Below are positions 9,100-19,475 of a stretch of 64,000 nt of DNA, piece by piece. A model generated the notes under the pieces. It was not told the origin of the DNA, did no database searches, and worked only from the letters and a program-made list of their open reading frames with translations. The position numbers and the translations under genes were made by a program. The stretch covers positions 8,999-72,998 of the forward strand of contig JAYQJM010000005.1 of the NCBI GenBank assembly GCA_038142145.1, given 5' to 3'. Source of the DNA: Candidatus Actinomarina sp. Its GTDB lineage: Bacteria; Actinomycetota; Acidimicrobiia; Actinomarinales; Actinomarinaceae. The stretch's first letter is position 1, and each line of letters opens with the position of its first letter.

Positions 9100-11044
9100 C
9101 TATTTCAACTTCTTCCTCAAGCGGTTCAATTCCCCAACCAAACCCACCAATCAACAACAACACAACGCCTACGAGTGTGAGAGGGATAGATTTGTATATG
9201 ACTGCGTATCCTAAAAACGGTAGTCCACTAGCTAGTACGAATGGGAAGTAAGAAGGACTAGGAAGTTCAATATGTTCTGTTGGGTTCAATCCCTCTTCTT
9301 CTAAATCAAGAAGTAATTGATCGGCAGTATCTCTTCTTACCGCTCTTCCTTCTTCATCTTCTGAATATTTTGCATGCCAAAAGTCATCTAACGCTTTTAC
9401 TTCTGGGGCCTTAGAAAAGTTCCATACTGGAGTAGGTGAAGGAATAGTCCATTCAATTGTTCTTGCATCCCACGGATCAAATGGAGCTTTTTCACCATTT
9501 CTTTTTGAGTAAATCCAGTTAATCATGAAAACTATTATTGAGAGTGCAATGACAAAAGCTCCTATTGTCACTACGACATTCCAGAATTGCAAATTTGTCT
9601 CTTCTGCATAAACCCAAGTTCTTCTAACTTGTCCTTGAAGGCCTAACCAGTGCATCGGACCAAAAGTGAGGTTGAAACCAATAAGCATTAACCAAAAGTG
9701 TATTTTTCCAAGAGACTCGTTGTACATTTTTCCCCATACTTTAGGAAACCAATAGTAAAGTCCTGAGAATATTCCAAACATTGCACCACCAAATAGCACA
9801 TAGTGAAAGTGTGCAACGATATAATATGTGTCAGTTTGTTGTGTATCTGCTGGAACAATTGAGTGAGTTACACCGCTTAATCCTCCAATAACAAACATTC
9901 CAATAAAACCTAAAGAGAAGAGCATAGGCGTATTGAGTTTTAATTTTCCTCCCCATATTGTTCCCAGCCAATTAAATATTTTTACCCCTGTAGGAACTGC
10001 AATTACCATTGTTGAAAGGCCAAATCCAGCTTGTGCTACAGTGCTTATTGAAGATGCAAACATATGGTGTGCCCATACACCAAAACCTATAAAAGCAATT
10101 CCAAAACCAGCAAAGACTATCGCAGCATAACCAAATAGTGGTTTTCTTGAAAATGTAGGAAGTACCTCAGAAACAATTCCAAAAGCTGGAAGTATTAAAA
10201 TATAGACTTCTGGGTGACCGAATAGCCAAAATAGGTGTTGCCATAATATAGGATCTCCACCACCTTCAGTAAGGAAGAAAGTTGTTCCAAACTTTCTATC
10301 AAAAGTTACGTAGAAAAGAGCAATTGCAATAATTGGAAGAGAGAAAGCTAACAAGAACGAAACTGCAAAAGTCATCCATGTAAATACCGGCATTCTCATA
10401 AACCTCATGCCTTTTGTTCTCATATTGATAATTGTGGTAATGAAATTAAACGCTGACACTAAAGATGCAATACCTAATATTTGTAAACCTATTGCCCAAA
10501 AGTCCATTGCAGTTCCTGGTGAATATTTCATTCCAGCATTTGGTTGATAACCAAACCAGCCACCATTTGGAGCAGAACCAAGCCACCCGACTTCTTCTGC
10601 TAAATAACCACCTTCAGGTGCACCAGCTGTACCAAATATGAATGTAGAATACAAAAACGCTCCACCAAATATGAATATCCAAAAAGAAAGTGCATTCAAA
10701 CGAGGAAACGCAACATCTCTTGCTCCAATTTGTAAAGGTAATAAATAGTTGAAGAAGGCCGCACTAATAGGCATAATGGCGAGGAATATCATTGTTGTGC
10801 CGTGCATTGTAAACATTGCATTATATTCAGCAGCTGATAAAAAGTTATTGTCTGGCTGAGATAGCTGAATTCTTAAAACTAATGCCTCAAGCCCACCGAC
10901 TAACAAAAAGAAAAACGCAGCATAACCATACATGATTCCTATTCGTTTATGGTCTACTGTTGTGATCCAGCTCCATATACCAGTTTCAGAAGAAGGTCTT
11001 CTAAATATACTTGATTGTTTGTTCGGTTCTATAATTTTTGTCAT
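9092..11044 (-). CDS. ctaD: Cytochrome c oxidase subunit I (type A1)
   Basis: DHKRIG, HGTTMIF, WLFGHPEVY, WAHHMF, AHFHYV. Confidence 0.98.
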   Translation of the reverse strand: MTKIIEPNKQSSIFRRPSSETGIWSWITTVDHKRIGIMYGYAAFFFLLVGGLEALVLRIQLSQPDNNFLSAAEYNAMFTMHGTTMIFLAIMPISAAFFNYLLPLQIGARDVAFPRLNALSFWIFIFGGAFLYSTFIFGTAGAPEGGYLAEEVGWLGSAPNGGWFGYQPNAGMKYSPGTAMDFWAIGLQILGIASLVSAFNFITTIINMRTKGMRFMRMPVFTWMTFAVSFLLAFSLPIIAIALFYVTFDRKFGTTFFLTEGGGDPILWQHLFWLFGHPEVYILILPAFGIVSEVLPTFSRKPLFGYAAIVFAGFGIAFIGFGVWAHHMFASSISTVAQAGFGLSTMVIAVPTGVKIFNWLGTIWGGKLKLNTPMLFSLGFIGMFVIGGLSGVTHSIVPADTQQTDTYYIVAHFHYVLFGGAMFGIFSGLYYWFPKVWGKMYNESLGKIHFWLMLIGFNLTFGPMHWLGLQGQVRRTWVYAEETNLQFWNVVVTIGAFVIALSIIVFMINWIYSKRNGEKAPFDPWDARTIEWTIPSPTPVWNFSKAPEVKALDDFWHAKYSEDEEGRAVRRDTADQLLLDLEEEGLNPTEHIELPSPSYFPFVLASGLPFLGYAVIYKSIPLTLVGVVLLLIGGFGWGIEPLEEEVEIDE

Positions 11045-12054
11045 TTAAGTGTCTCCAAATACGCAATTAAAGCATTTATTTCATTTTCAGTCAATTCTAA
11101 GTTAGGCATAAATGTTCCAGGTTTTATCTCAGCAGGGTTTGCTAGCCACTTTGTAAGATTTTCTTTATTGTTTTCAAGTGCAGCACCAGCAAATACATTT
11201 CTATTAGCAAAGTGAGTTAAGTTAGGAGCTATTCTGTCACCTTGTACATCCCAAACTCCATCAATTACATGACACTGTGTACATCCTGCATTTAGATAAA
11301 CTTCTTGTCCTTCAGCAGCAAGAGAATCTCCTTCGAGCTTTGTAGCTTTTTGCTGTTCATTTTTGACCCAAGCCTCAAAGTCAGATGCTGATAGTGATAA
11401 CACTCTTCCTCTCATTTTTGAGTGACTTAAACCACAATACTCACCGCATTGAGCCCAAAATTCGTTTGGAGAATCAGCATGAAGATTTAAGTACGTTGTT
11501 TGTCCAGGAACAAGATATCTTTTACCATTTAATTTTGGTACCCAGTAATTATGTAACACATCATTTGACCACATTTCTAATCTGACTGGCTTATCAGCTG
11601 GTATTACCAAAACATTTGCAGTAGTAATTCCATATTCTGGGTACTTATATTCGAACCACCACTGATGACCAATTACCTCAACCTTCATTGCATTTTCAGG
11701 TTCTCTAGCTAGATCAAAAATAGTACGTACGGTTGGGACAGCTATTGCTGCAAGAATAAGAACTGGGATTACAGTCCATAAAATTTCTAGTTTTGTATTC
11801 CCATGTATTTGTTTTGGTTCAGGACTATCTTCTTTTTCTTTAAAAACAAAAATAGAAATTAAAAGGGCACCTTGAACAATCGCAAAAATACCTACAGCTA
11901 TCCAAAATGTGATCCAAAATAATTCATCTATCGATCTTGCATAAGGACCTTCAGGACTTAGAGAATCTAGAGGTGCATTTTCTATGCACGAAGCTAGAAA
12001 GACAAATGGTCCGTATCTTAAATTCTTTAATCTAAAAACTTTTTTCACAAGCAT
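11041..12054 (-). CDS. ctaC: Cytochrome c oxidase subunit II with fused cytochrome c (caa3 type); probable lipoprotein
   Basis: GHQWWFEY, CuA motif DVLHNYW...CGEYCGLSHSKM, C-terminal CTQCH...MP; lipobox-like FLASC. Confidence 0.95.
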   Translation of the reverse strand: MLVKKVFRLKNLRYGPFVFLASCIENAPLDSLSPEGPYARSIDELFWITFWIAVGIFAIVQGALLISIFVFKEKEDSPEPKQIHGNTKLEILWTVIPVLILAAIAVPTVRTIFDLAREPENAMKVEVIGHQWWFEYKYPEYGITTANVLVIPADKPVRLEMWSNDVLHNYWVPKLNGKRYLVPGQTTYLNLHADSPNEFWAQCGEYCGLSHSKMRGRVLSLSASDFEAWVKNEQQKATKLEGDSLAAEGQEVYLNAGCTQCHVIDGVWDVQGDRIAPNLTHFANRNVFAGAALENNKENLTKWLANPAEIKPGTFMPNLELTENEINALIAYLETLK

Positions 12055-12126
12055 TTTTATATTATCAACAATAATTAAGGATAGCGTTGAAACTATATAT
12101 AGTGTAATTATAAGTACTATGTCGTT

Positions 12127-13008
12127 ATGGTTTTAGAAGTAAAAAATACAATATATTCTTACTATAAATTATCAAAATTACGAGTTGTTGAACTTCTTTT
12201 AATAACAACTGTACCTGCAATGATTGTTTCTATATATGGATTCCCTCCAATAAGCCTAGTTTTATATACAGTCATTGGAGGTACTTGTTTAGCTGTTAGT
12301 GCAAATGTATTGAATCAAATTTTTGAAATTGAGACAGATAAGCTTATGAAAAGAACTGCTCAAAGGCCACTTGTAACTGGAGTAATTTCTATCAGGAATG
12401 CTTACATTTTTTCTCTAGGGCTAGGCTCTGTAGGATTTTCTTTGCTTTATTTTTTAACTACTCCTTTGGCTGCATATATTGCTTTAGGTGCAAATATTTT
12501 TTACTCATTTATATACACACTTGTTCTCAAGCCACGAACAGATCAAAATATTGTTATTGGAGGTGCTGCGGGGGCAGCCCCAGTATTAATTGGCTGGACA
12601 GCTACAGGAACAGATTTGGATGTCGGGTCATGGTTATTATTTTTATTGGTATTTTTGTGGACGCCTGCTCATTTTTGGGCTTTATCTATTGAAAATAATG
12701 ACGATTATAAAGATGCAAGTTTTCCAATGCTTTCAACTTTAGAAACTAAACAAAGAACATCAATTTACATTTCAATATATTCATGTGCAACAGTCCTCAC
12801 TTCTTTACTTGTTGCACCAATACTTCAACTTGGTCTTGTTTATTTATCAATAGCTTTATTGCTTGGAGCTTACTTAATGTACAAATCATTTCAACTTTAC
12901 AAAAACAAGATTGAAGCAATTTCTTATTTTATTTTCTCGAATACCTACCTAGCAATTGTATTCTTAGCAATGGTTGCTGATATATTTTTTACATTGAGGA
13001 GCATATAA
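12127..13008 (+). CDS. ctaB: Protoheme IX farnesyltransferase (heme o synthase)
   Basis: D.LMKRTAQRPL, LKPRTDQNIVIGGAAGA, WTPAHFWAL. Confidence 0.95.
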   Translation: MVLEVKNTIYSYYKLSKLRVVELLLITTVPAMIVSIYGFPPISLVLYTVIGGTCLAVSANVLNQIFEIETDKLMKRTAQRPLVTGVISIRNAYIFSLGLGSVGFSLLYFLTTPLAAYIALGANIFYSFIYTLVLKPRTDQNIVIGGAAGAAPVLIGWTATGTDLDVGSWLLFLLVFLWTPAHFWALSIENNDDYKDASFPMLSTLETKQRTSIYISIYSCATVLTSLLVAPILQLGLVYLSIALLLGAYLMYKSFQLYKNKIEAISYFIFSNTYLAIVFLAMVADIFFTLRSI

Positions 13009-13841
13009 TGAACGAACTACTTCTATCAATTACTTACCCACCAATTCCAATAACTCAGGTTGGGCCGTTTGCTCTATCATTGCATGGAGTTTTTGCAGCA
13101 GTAGGCTTTTATTTTGGTGCTTCTCACGCTATAAAACTAGCCGAAAAAGATGGTGCTGATAGTGAGCTCTTTTCGGAAGCTCTAACCTGGGCTATTTTTG
13201 GTGCTATTTTAGGCGCAAGATTTTTTACAATTCCAGCACAGTGGTATAGCAATCCTGGTTATGGACTTGATGATGTTTTCACATTAGCGGGAAGTTTCTC
13301 AATCATGGGAGGTATGGCAGGTGGTATTATTGCTGCTTATCTTAAGATAAGTATTTTGAGTAAAGAAAATTTTCGAAGATACGGAGATTACGCAGCAACA
13401 GGTCTAATTCTGGGTACTGTTATTGGAAGAATTGGAGACTTAGCGATAGTAGAGCATTTAGGTAGAGCTACAAACTTTTTTCTCGGATATGAAATCAAAC
13501 CTGGTTATGACGTAGCTCCTCAACACAATGCTCTAGAGTGTGCAGAACCACTTACAACATGTGGAACTTTTCATCATGTGGCTATGTATGATATGTTTTT
13601 TGCTTTAATTGTTTTCTTTATATTTAAAAACTTACAACAGCGTTTTACATTTGGAAGAGGGTCTTGGATGGGGCTTTGGGCAGTTTGGTATGGAACACAA
13701 AGAGCTGTGTTAGATACTTTAAGATTTGGAATGGGAGACGCGACAATAGGAAGTTTTACTTGGAATCAAATTGGCGGTCTTACTCTTGCCTCTATAGGAT
13801 TGGTTATGTTTTTAATGAATAAAGAAGCTAAAAAAGACTAA
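13008..13841 (+). CDS. lgt: Prolipoprotein diacylglyceryl transferase family protein (divergent)
   Basis: LSLHGVF, ILGAR, GGMAGG, IGRIGD, Y...R..LDTLR and TWNQ match the Lgt pattern. Confidence 0.8.
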   Translation: MNELLLSITYPPIPITQVGPFALSLHGVFAAVGFYFGASHAIKLAEKDGADSELFSEALTWAIFGAILGARFFTIPAQWYSNPGYGLDDVFTLAGSFSIMGGMAGGIIAAYLKISILSKENFRRYGDYAATGLILGTVIGRIGDLAIVEHLGRATNFFLGYEIKPGYDVAPQHNALECAEPLTTCGTFHHVAMYDMFFALIVFFIFKNLQQRFTFGRGSWMGLWAVWYGTQRAVLDTLRFGMGDATIGSFTWNQIGGLTLASIGLVMFLMNKEAKKD

Positions 13842-14745
13842 TTAAAAACAAAATATAAAAAACGGTAAAAGCATAACCTAAAATATTGTTTCTTTTAATT
13901 AAATTCCTTGAAAGAAAAATTACTAAAAAGCTGACAAAATACATAAGGAACATTTGGTAGTCAACATCGGATAAAATCCCCCCAGGACTTATTGATATCG
14001 CAACACCCCCAACCAATCCTATATTAAAGAGATTGGATCCAAAAATATTTCCAAAAACTATATCTGGTTTTCTCATTTTTGCTGCAGAAATTGTCCCAGC
14101 AACTTCTGGCAGACTTGTACCTATAGCAATAATTGTTGAACCAATAATCAGAGAGGATACTCCAAAAAGCTCCGCTAGTTCAATTGCGTTATTCACCACA
14201 AGTTGGCTCCCATATATTGTTGCAATTAAAGACAAAGGTCCTCTAATCAGTAAGTTTCCTGAATCTTCATTTATAAATTCTTCTTCATCGACTGCATCTG
14301 CACTAACAAGTTTGTAAATTACATAAAGTACAAGAATTAACAATGCAATTCCTAAGAAAAGTGGAAATTCTTCAGTTAGAACAAAAGTGGATACAAACAA
14401 CGTTGTTAAAACGGCCATCCAGACAGGGCTAGTTTGATCGAATTTAATTTTTTTTGCGTAATCTTTAGGTATTGATAAATAAAGCACAGCAACAACTAAG
14501 AGTGAGTTAGCTATATTTGAACCAATTATATTTCCAATTGCTAAATCGAGATCTCCATTTAGTGCAGCTCCTGTACTTGCAAACAATTCTGGAGCTGATG
14601 TTCCAAATCCAATAAAAGTAGCACCAATAACAGAACTTGGTAGGTTAAATTTTTGTGCAATTTTAATTGCAGAACTGACCATTTCGTCAGCACCTTTAAT
14701 TAGTAAAACTAATCCAGCTAAAAATCCAAGTAATATTAATGACAT
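13828..14745 (-). CDS. Calcium/sodium antiporter (YrbG family)
   Basis: Two alpha repeats: GTSAPE..GNIIGSN and GTSLPE..GNIFGSN. Confidence 0.93.
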   Translation of the reverse strand: MSLILLGFLAGLVLLIKGADEMVSSAIKIAQKFNLPSSVIGATFIGFGTSAPELFASTGAALNGDLDLAIGNIIGSNIANSLLVVAVLYLSIPKDYAKKIKFDQTSPVWMAVLTTLFVSTFVLTEEFPLFLGIALLILVLYVIYKLVSADAVDEEEFINEDSGNLLIRGPLSLIATIYGSQLVVNNAIELAELFGVSSLIIGSTIIAIGTSLPEVAGTISAAKMRKPDIVFGNIFGSNLFNIGLVGGVAISISPGGILSDVDYQMFLMYFVSFLVIFLSRNLIKRNNILGYAFTVFYILFLISLF

Positions 14746-14757
14746 TTTGTTAAAAGA

Positions 14758-15576
14758 TTATTCTTTTGAATCTCTCCAGGCTATCCATTCTTTGACTTGT
14801 GTTAAGTCATATCCAGGACCATTGACTGCAAGTGTAATTTCAGTTGCACCAGCCTCAACGAGTTCATCAGCTTTATCCAGTCTATTAATGTCAATCCCTA
14901 TAGATTTTTCTATTTCACTTGGATCTCTTCCAACTTTTTCACACCAGTCATTTAAAACTGATATTTTGTGGATTACAGTTTCGATGCCACTCCTGTCTTC
15001 TGTTTTGGTAGCGAAACCATGCCATATATCAGCATATTGAGCAACGAGTCTCAATGTTACTTTTTCTCCACCACCTCCAATTAGAATAGGTATCTTTCTT
15101 TTTGGTTGAGGGTCAAGTTTTGACATTCTTGAAACAATTCTTTCAAGAGATTTTTCTAGTTCTTTTAATCTCCAAATTGCAGTACCAAATTCATAACCAT
15201 ATTCGTCATAATCTTGTTCAAACCAACCTGAGCCAATTCCGAGAATTAATCTTCCATCTGAAATATGATCTACAGTACGTGCCATATCTGCTAAAAGTTC
15301 GGGGTTTCTGTAAGAGTTGCAAGTGACTAGGGGACCAATCTGTACTTTTTCAGTGACTTCTGCCCAGCTTGCAAGCATAGTCCAACACTCGAAGTGCTTA
15401 CCCTCTCTTCTTTCTCCCTCATTCCACTGAGTACCGTCTTCTTTATAAAGAGGATAAAAATGATCCCAGTTATAAATTATGTCTGCACCTATTTCTTCAG
15501 ATTCTTTTGCAGCTTTTCTAATTTGATCGTACTCGGCATGCTGTGGTTGTAAAAATACGGCTATTCTTGGTTTCAT
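14758..15576 (-). CDS. LLM-class F420-dependent oxidoreductase
   Basis: WDHFYPL, YRNPELLADMARTVDHISDGRLILGIGSGW, PILIGGGGEKVTL. Confidence 0.9.
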   Translation of the reverse strand: MKPRIAVFLQPQHAEYDQIRKAAKESEEIGADIIYNWDHFYPLYKEDGTQWNEGERREGKHFECWTMLASWAEVTEKVQIGPLVTCNSYRNPELLADMARTVDHISDGRLILGIGSGWFEQDYDEYGYEFGTAIWRLKELEKSLERIVSRMSKLDPQPKRKIPILIGGGGEKVTLRLVAQYADIWHGFATKTEDRSGIETVIHKISVLNDWCEKVGRDPSEIEKSIGIDINRLDKADELVEAGATEITLAVNGPGYDLTQVKEWIAWRDSKE

Positions 15577-15588
15577 ATTTTTTCCTTT

Positions 15589-18096
15589 CTAGAAATTAAA
15601 TTCTAAATTTGAGCTCTGCATTCTGTCTTTAAATGCAATATTAGCTTTAAGTCTTTCCAATTTTTGTTTAGAAATTTTTTCTGCAGATGGTAATGGATTA
15701 TCTTTTAGAAACTCTTCAATATCCTTTGCTAAAGTTTTGTTGTAGATTGACGGTAGCGCATCAAGAATTCTTGATGCGGTCCATTCAGGCATAACTTTCA
15801 AAAGATCTTCCCAGTTTTCTTTGACTAAATTCCATGCTTTTTCAGAATTATCAGAGTTAGAGAGTAAAACTGCAATTACATATGGTGCGTCAGCACCTCT
15901 TATAGTCTGATCCAAGATAGCACTAATTATTGTGTTTGGAGCATCAGGTTCAGAAACAGAACCAATCATACCTCTGTAGCGACCTTGAATTTGAGGTGTT
16001 TGTGAATTTTTAAATTTTTCCATATAAACTTTTGCAGAATTAGTTTTATCAAGTGAAGAAATATTTAACACAAGATTGTAATAATTTCCATCTTTGTAAT
16101 CTTCATATTCATTTGATTTAAATTGAGTAGAAAATGACTCAATAAACTCATCATTTTTTACAATTTTTGCATAAAGACCACAAACAAGAGACTTTAATTG
16201 TGATACTTCTGGATCTAAATCTTCTTCATAATCTGAGCCAAGCTTTTGCAGTAATGTAGAACAAAAACCTTCAACATAAGTTTTAAATTCTTGATTATCA
16301 TATATTTCACTTAGAGTTCCTAAGATTCCTCCAATTAAAGACCAAATATTTTTTTCGTTTTCATTTACATATAGATTCAATATATTGAGAAACTCTTCTA
16401 GTTCAAGCTTCCCAACTCTAAGTGACATCCAAACATCTTCAAGAAATCGATATTTTTCATTTAGATCTAATCTTAAAAAATTGTCTGAAATTGAAGATAA
16501 AATGTCTGAACTGTAGTTTGAGTGGAAGAATGACCATCCTCCATTGTTTATAAATGGTACTGTACCCTCAAACTCAATTTCTTGAGACTCGCTATCCAAT
16601 ATGAATTTTTGAGCTACACCAGTTTCTAAACATTTTATATTCAAGGGAACTTTCCAAACAGTTTCATCAGTCTCTCCATCAATTAAAAAACGATTTTGAG
16701 AAATCTTATATTTATTGTCAGATTTAGAAATAGAGATAAGAGGATAACCTTCTTGTTTAATCCAAGTAGGGAGTATTTCACTAAGGTTGTACTCGCTTGA
16801 TTTAGTAAGTTCATCCCACAAATCAGATGAATGTGTGTTTTTGTATTCAAATTTTTTCAAATAATTTTGAACTCCTTGTTTGAATTCATCTTCACCAATG
16901 AAGGTTTCAAACATTCGTAATACAGTAGAGCCTTTTTGATATGTTAAGACATCAAACATTTCTTCAGCTTCTTCTGGAGTTTTAACCTCAAACTCAACCG
17001 GTCTAGAGGCTCTAAGGGAATCTACACTAAACCCCTGAGATCTTGCAAGGTTTAATTCATTCCATAATTTAAATTCAGGATATGTTGCTTCTGAAGCGAT
17101 TACTTCCATCAAACTTGCAAATGCTTCATTTAACCAGATACCGTCCCACCACTTCATTGTTACTAGGTCACCAAACCACATATGTGCTAGTTCATGAGCG
17201 ACAACCTCAACAGATCGAGAAAGTTCCGCTCTAGTTGCTTTTTCTGTGTCAATTAACAAAAGAGTTTCTCTAAAAGTTACAGCTCCAACGTTTTCCATAG
17301 CACCCATAGCAAAATCAGGAATTGCAATTAGGTCTAGTTTTGATCCTGGATAATTGATTCCATAATAGGTTTCAAAAAAATCAAGAATTTTAATTGCTGC
17401 CTCACCAGCAAATTTAGTTTGATGTCCAAATCCAGGTCTGTGAACAATCCTGACGTCAGTAGTTTTTGAAGATCCAATATTTGTAATCTCTAAACCACCA
17501 ACTACAAAAGCTACTAAATATGTAGACATTCTCATTGAGTCAACAAATTTAGAAGTAGTCCTACCATTGTTTGTTGTTTCTTCTGCAAGCTTTTCATTGC
17601 TTACCCTTACTAAGTTTTCATCAGATGTAAGAGTTATTGAAAAAATAGATTTATATTCAGGTTCATCCCAACAAGGAAAAGCCATACGCGCAGCTGTTGG
17701 TTCGAATTGAGTTGTTGCTATCCAAACATCTTCATTATCTTCATTTTTAAAACTGCTTCTATAAAACCCTCTAAGATCATCGACAATAGTTGCATTGAAG
17801 TTTATATAAAGCTTCCAATCTCCTGCCTTAACAATTTCTTCAAAAGATAGTGCAATTTTCTCTTCTTCATTTATATAGTTAACAGACGCATCAATATGGA
17901 TTCCTTCGTCATTTTCAACAAAGGCATTAACTATGTCTATGCCAAGTGAATTTAATTGTATTTCAGTAGAATCATCAACAACCTCTATATAGATTGTTTC
18001 TTTCCCTGCATATTTAAAATTTTCTAGGTCTATATCCAGATCTATTTCGTATCTGTTTGGAATTGCATTTTTAGGTAATTTTATATTTTGACTCAT
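15589..18096 (-). CDS. pepN: M1-family aminopeptidase (puromycin-sensitive/ERAP-like)
   Basis: TQFE, GAMEN, HELAHMW-x-LNEAFA zinc motif, YQKG. Confidence 0.95.
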   Translation of the reverse strand: MSQNIKLPKNAIPNRYEIDLDIDLENFKYAGKETIYIEVVDDSTEIQLNSLGIDIVNAFVENDEGIHIDASVNYINEEEKIALSFEEIVKAGDWKLYINFNATIVDDLRGFYRSSFKNEDNEDVWIATTQFEPTAARMAFPCWDEPEYKSIFSITLTSDENLVRVSNEKLAEETTNNGRTTSKFVDSMRMSTYLVAFVVGGLEITNIGSSKTTDVRIVHRPGFGHQTKFAGEAAIKILDFFETYYGINYPGSKLDLIAIPDFAMGAMENVGAVTFRETLLLIDTEKATRAELSRSVEVVAHELAHMWFGDLVTMKWWDGIWLNEAFASLMEVIASEATYPEFKLWNELNLARSQGFSVDSLRASRPVEFEVKTPEEAEEMFDVLTYQKGSTVLRMFETFIGEDEFKQGVQNYLKKFEYKNTHSSDLWDELTKSSEYNLSEILPTWIKQEGYPLISISKSDNKYKISQNRFLIDGETDETVWKVPLNIKCLETGVAQKFILDSESQEIEFEGTVPFINNGGWSFFHSNYSSDILSSISDNFLRLDLNEKYRFLEDVWMSLRVGKLELEEFLNILNLYVNENEKNIWSLIGGILGTLSEIYDNQEFKTYVEGFCSTLLQKLGSDYEEDLDPEVSQLKSLVCGLYAKIVKNDEFIESFSTQFKSNEYEDYKDGNYYNLVLNISSLDKTNSAKVYMEKFKNSQTPQIQGRYRGMIGSVSEPDAPNTIISAILDQTIRGADAPYVIAVLLSNSDNSEKAWNLVKENWEDLLKVMPEWTASRILDALPSIYNKTLAKDIEEFLKDNPLPSAEKISKQKLERLKANIAFKDRMQSSNLEFNF

Positions 18097-18121
18097 TCAC
18101 AAATTGTAGTTGTAAATAAAT

Positions 18122-19475
18122 TCAATCCCATTGCAAGTGTAAAAATTCTTCAGAATCTAGCAACTGAACTGTGTGAGCACCAAAGAAATCTCTTTGTGCT
18201 TGAATTAAATTTGAAGGGTTGTGTTCAGCGCTCATATTTAGATACCAATTTAATGTTGAGCTCATGACAGGTGTTGAAATATTATTATTTATACAATCAG
18301 TGATTATATTCTTTGCATCTTCGACAAGATTAGATAATTTATTTTGGATTTGAATAATCTCAAGTTTTGAATCACTATTTAAAAAGTCAGTCAACTCACT
18401 CAATAGATCTGAACGTATAATGCAACCTCCCATCCAATTTTTTAAGACTTCTGAAATTTTTATATTTAGATTATGTTCAGTACTAAAAAATTGTATAAAC
18501 AATAAAGCCTTGAATTAAAGTTGCGAATCTTGAAAAATATACAGCTCTTTGCAGTTTATTCAAGTCAAGGTTTTCAGACATTTTTAATTCTTCTTGCTGC
18601 CAGTCATTCTTAAAATTACTTTCAATCCTTGCGTTCAAAGATTCATAAATAGCCGAAAGAGGGTAGCCGTAGTCTAAGCTTGTTTGAACTGTCAACTTTC
18701 CAGTACCTTTATGGTTAGCTAAGGGCCTTATTTGATCAATTAAGAAACCGTCGCTGTTCTTTTTTTGAAATATTTCTGCAGTGATCTCTATTAAATAGGA
18801 TGATTGTCCAATTTCTTTAAAACTTTCAAAAAAGTTACTTATTTTTATATTATCGAAGCCACTTGATCGCAAAACACTGTATGCTTCTGCAATAATTTGC
18901 ATTTCTGCATATTCAATTCCATTGTGAAGCATTTTGATGAAGTGTCCGGTACCGAATCCTTCATATATTCCAACACATGGAACGCCATCTTTTTTAGCAG
19001 CAATACTTGATAATATTTTTTGTAAGGTTTCATTTATTGGATTCTTTGAACCGATCATTAAGGCCGGACCATTTCTTGCCCCCTCTTCACCACCTGATAC
19101 GCCCATGCCAATAAACTTAACTCCTTTTTTTTCACAGAGATTTCCCATTTCATTGCTATCTAAAAAGTAAGAATTTCCGGCATCAATTATTAGATCATCT
19201 ATATCTAGTAAATTAGTCAGGTCATCTATTACAGTTTTTGTAGCTTCTCCAGATGGCACTAATAACATTACTGTTCTGGGCTTTTCTAAGTTTTCAACTA
19301 AAGTTTTTAAGCTTGTATAACCTTCAATGTTATTGTTTAAATCTTTATTAATTAGAGTATTAATTTTCTCATCTGACTTGTTATAAACTTTTACGTTTAT
19401 TGAATTATCTGACATATTTAATGCAAGGTTGGAGCCCATAACTCCAATTCCAACTAATCCAATATTTAGACTCAT
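18122..19475 (-). CDS. gndA: NADP-dependent 6-phosphogluconate dehydrogenase, split by one frameshift
   Basis: GIGVMG, GVSGGEEGA, GHFIKMLHNGIEY, KGTG in the first ORF; GGCIIRS and QAQRDFFGAH in the second. Removing one base from the AAA run at 18504-18506 joins them (QG-LLFIQFF). Confidence 0.9.
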
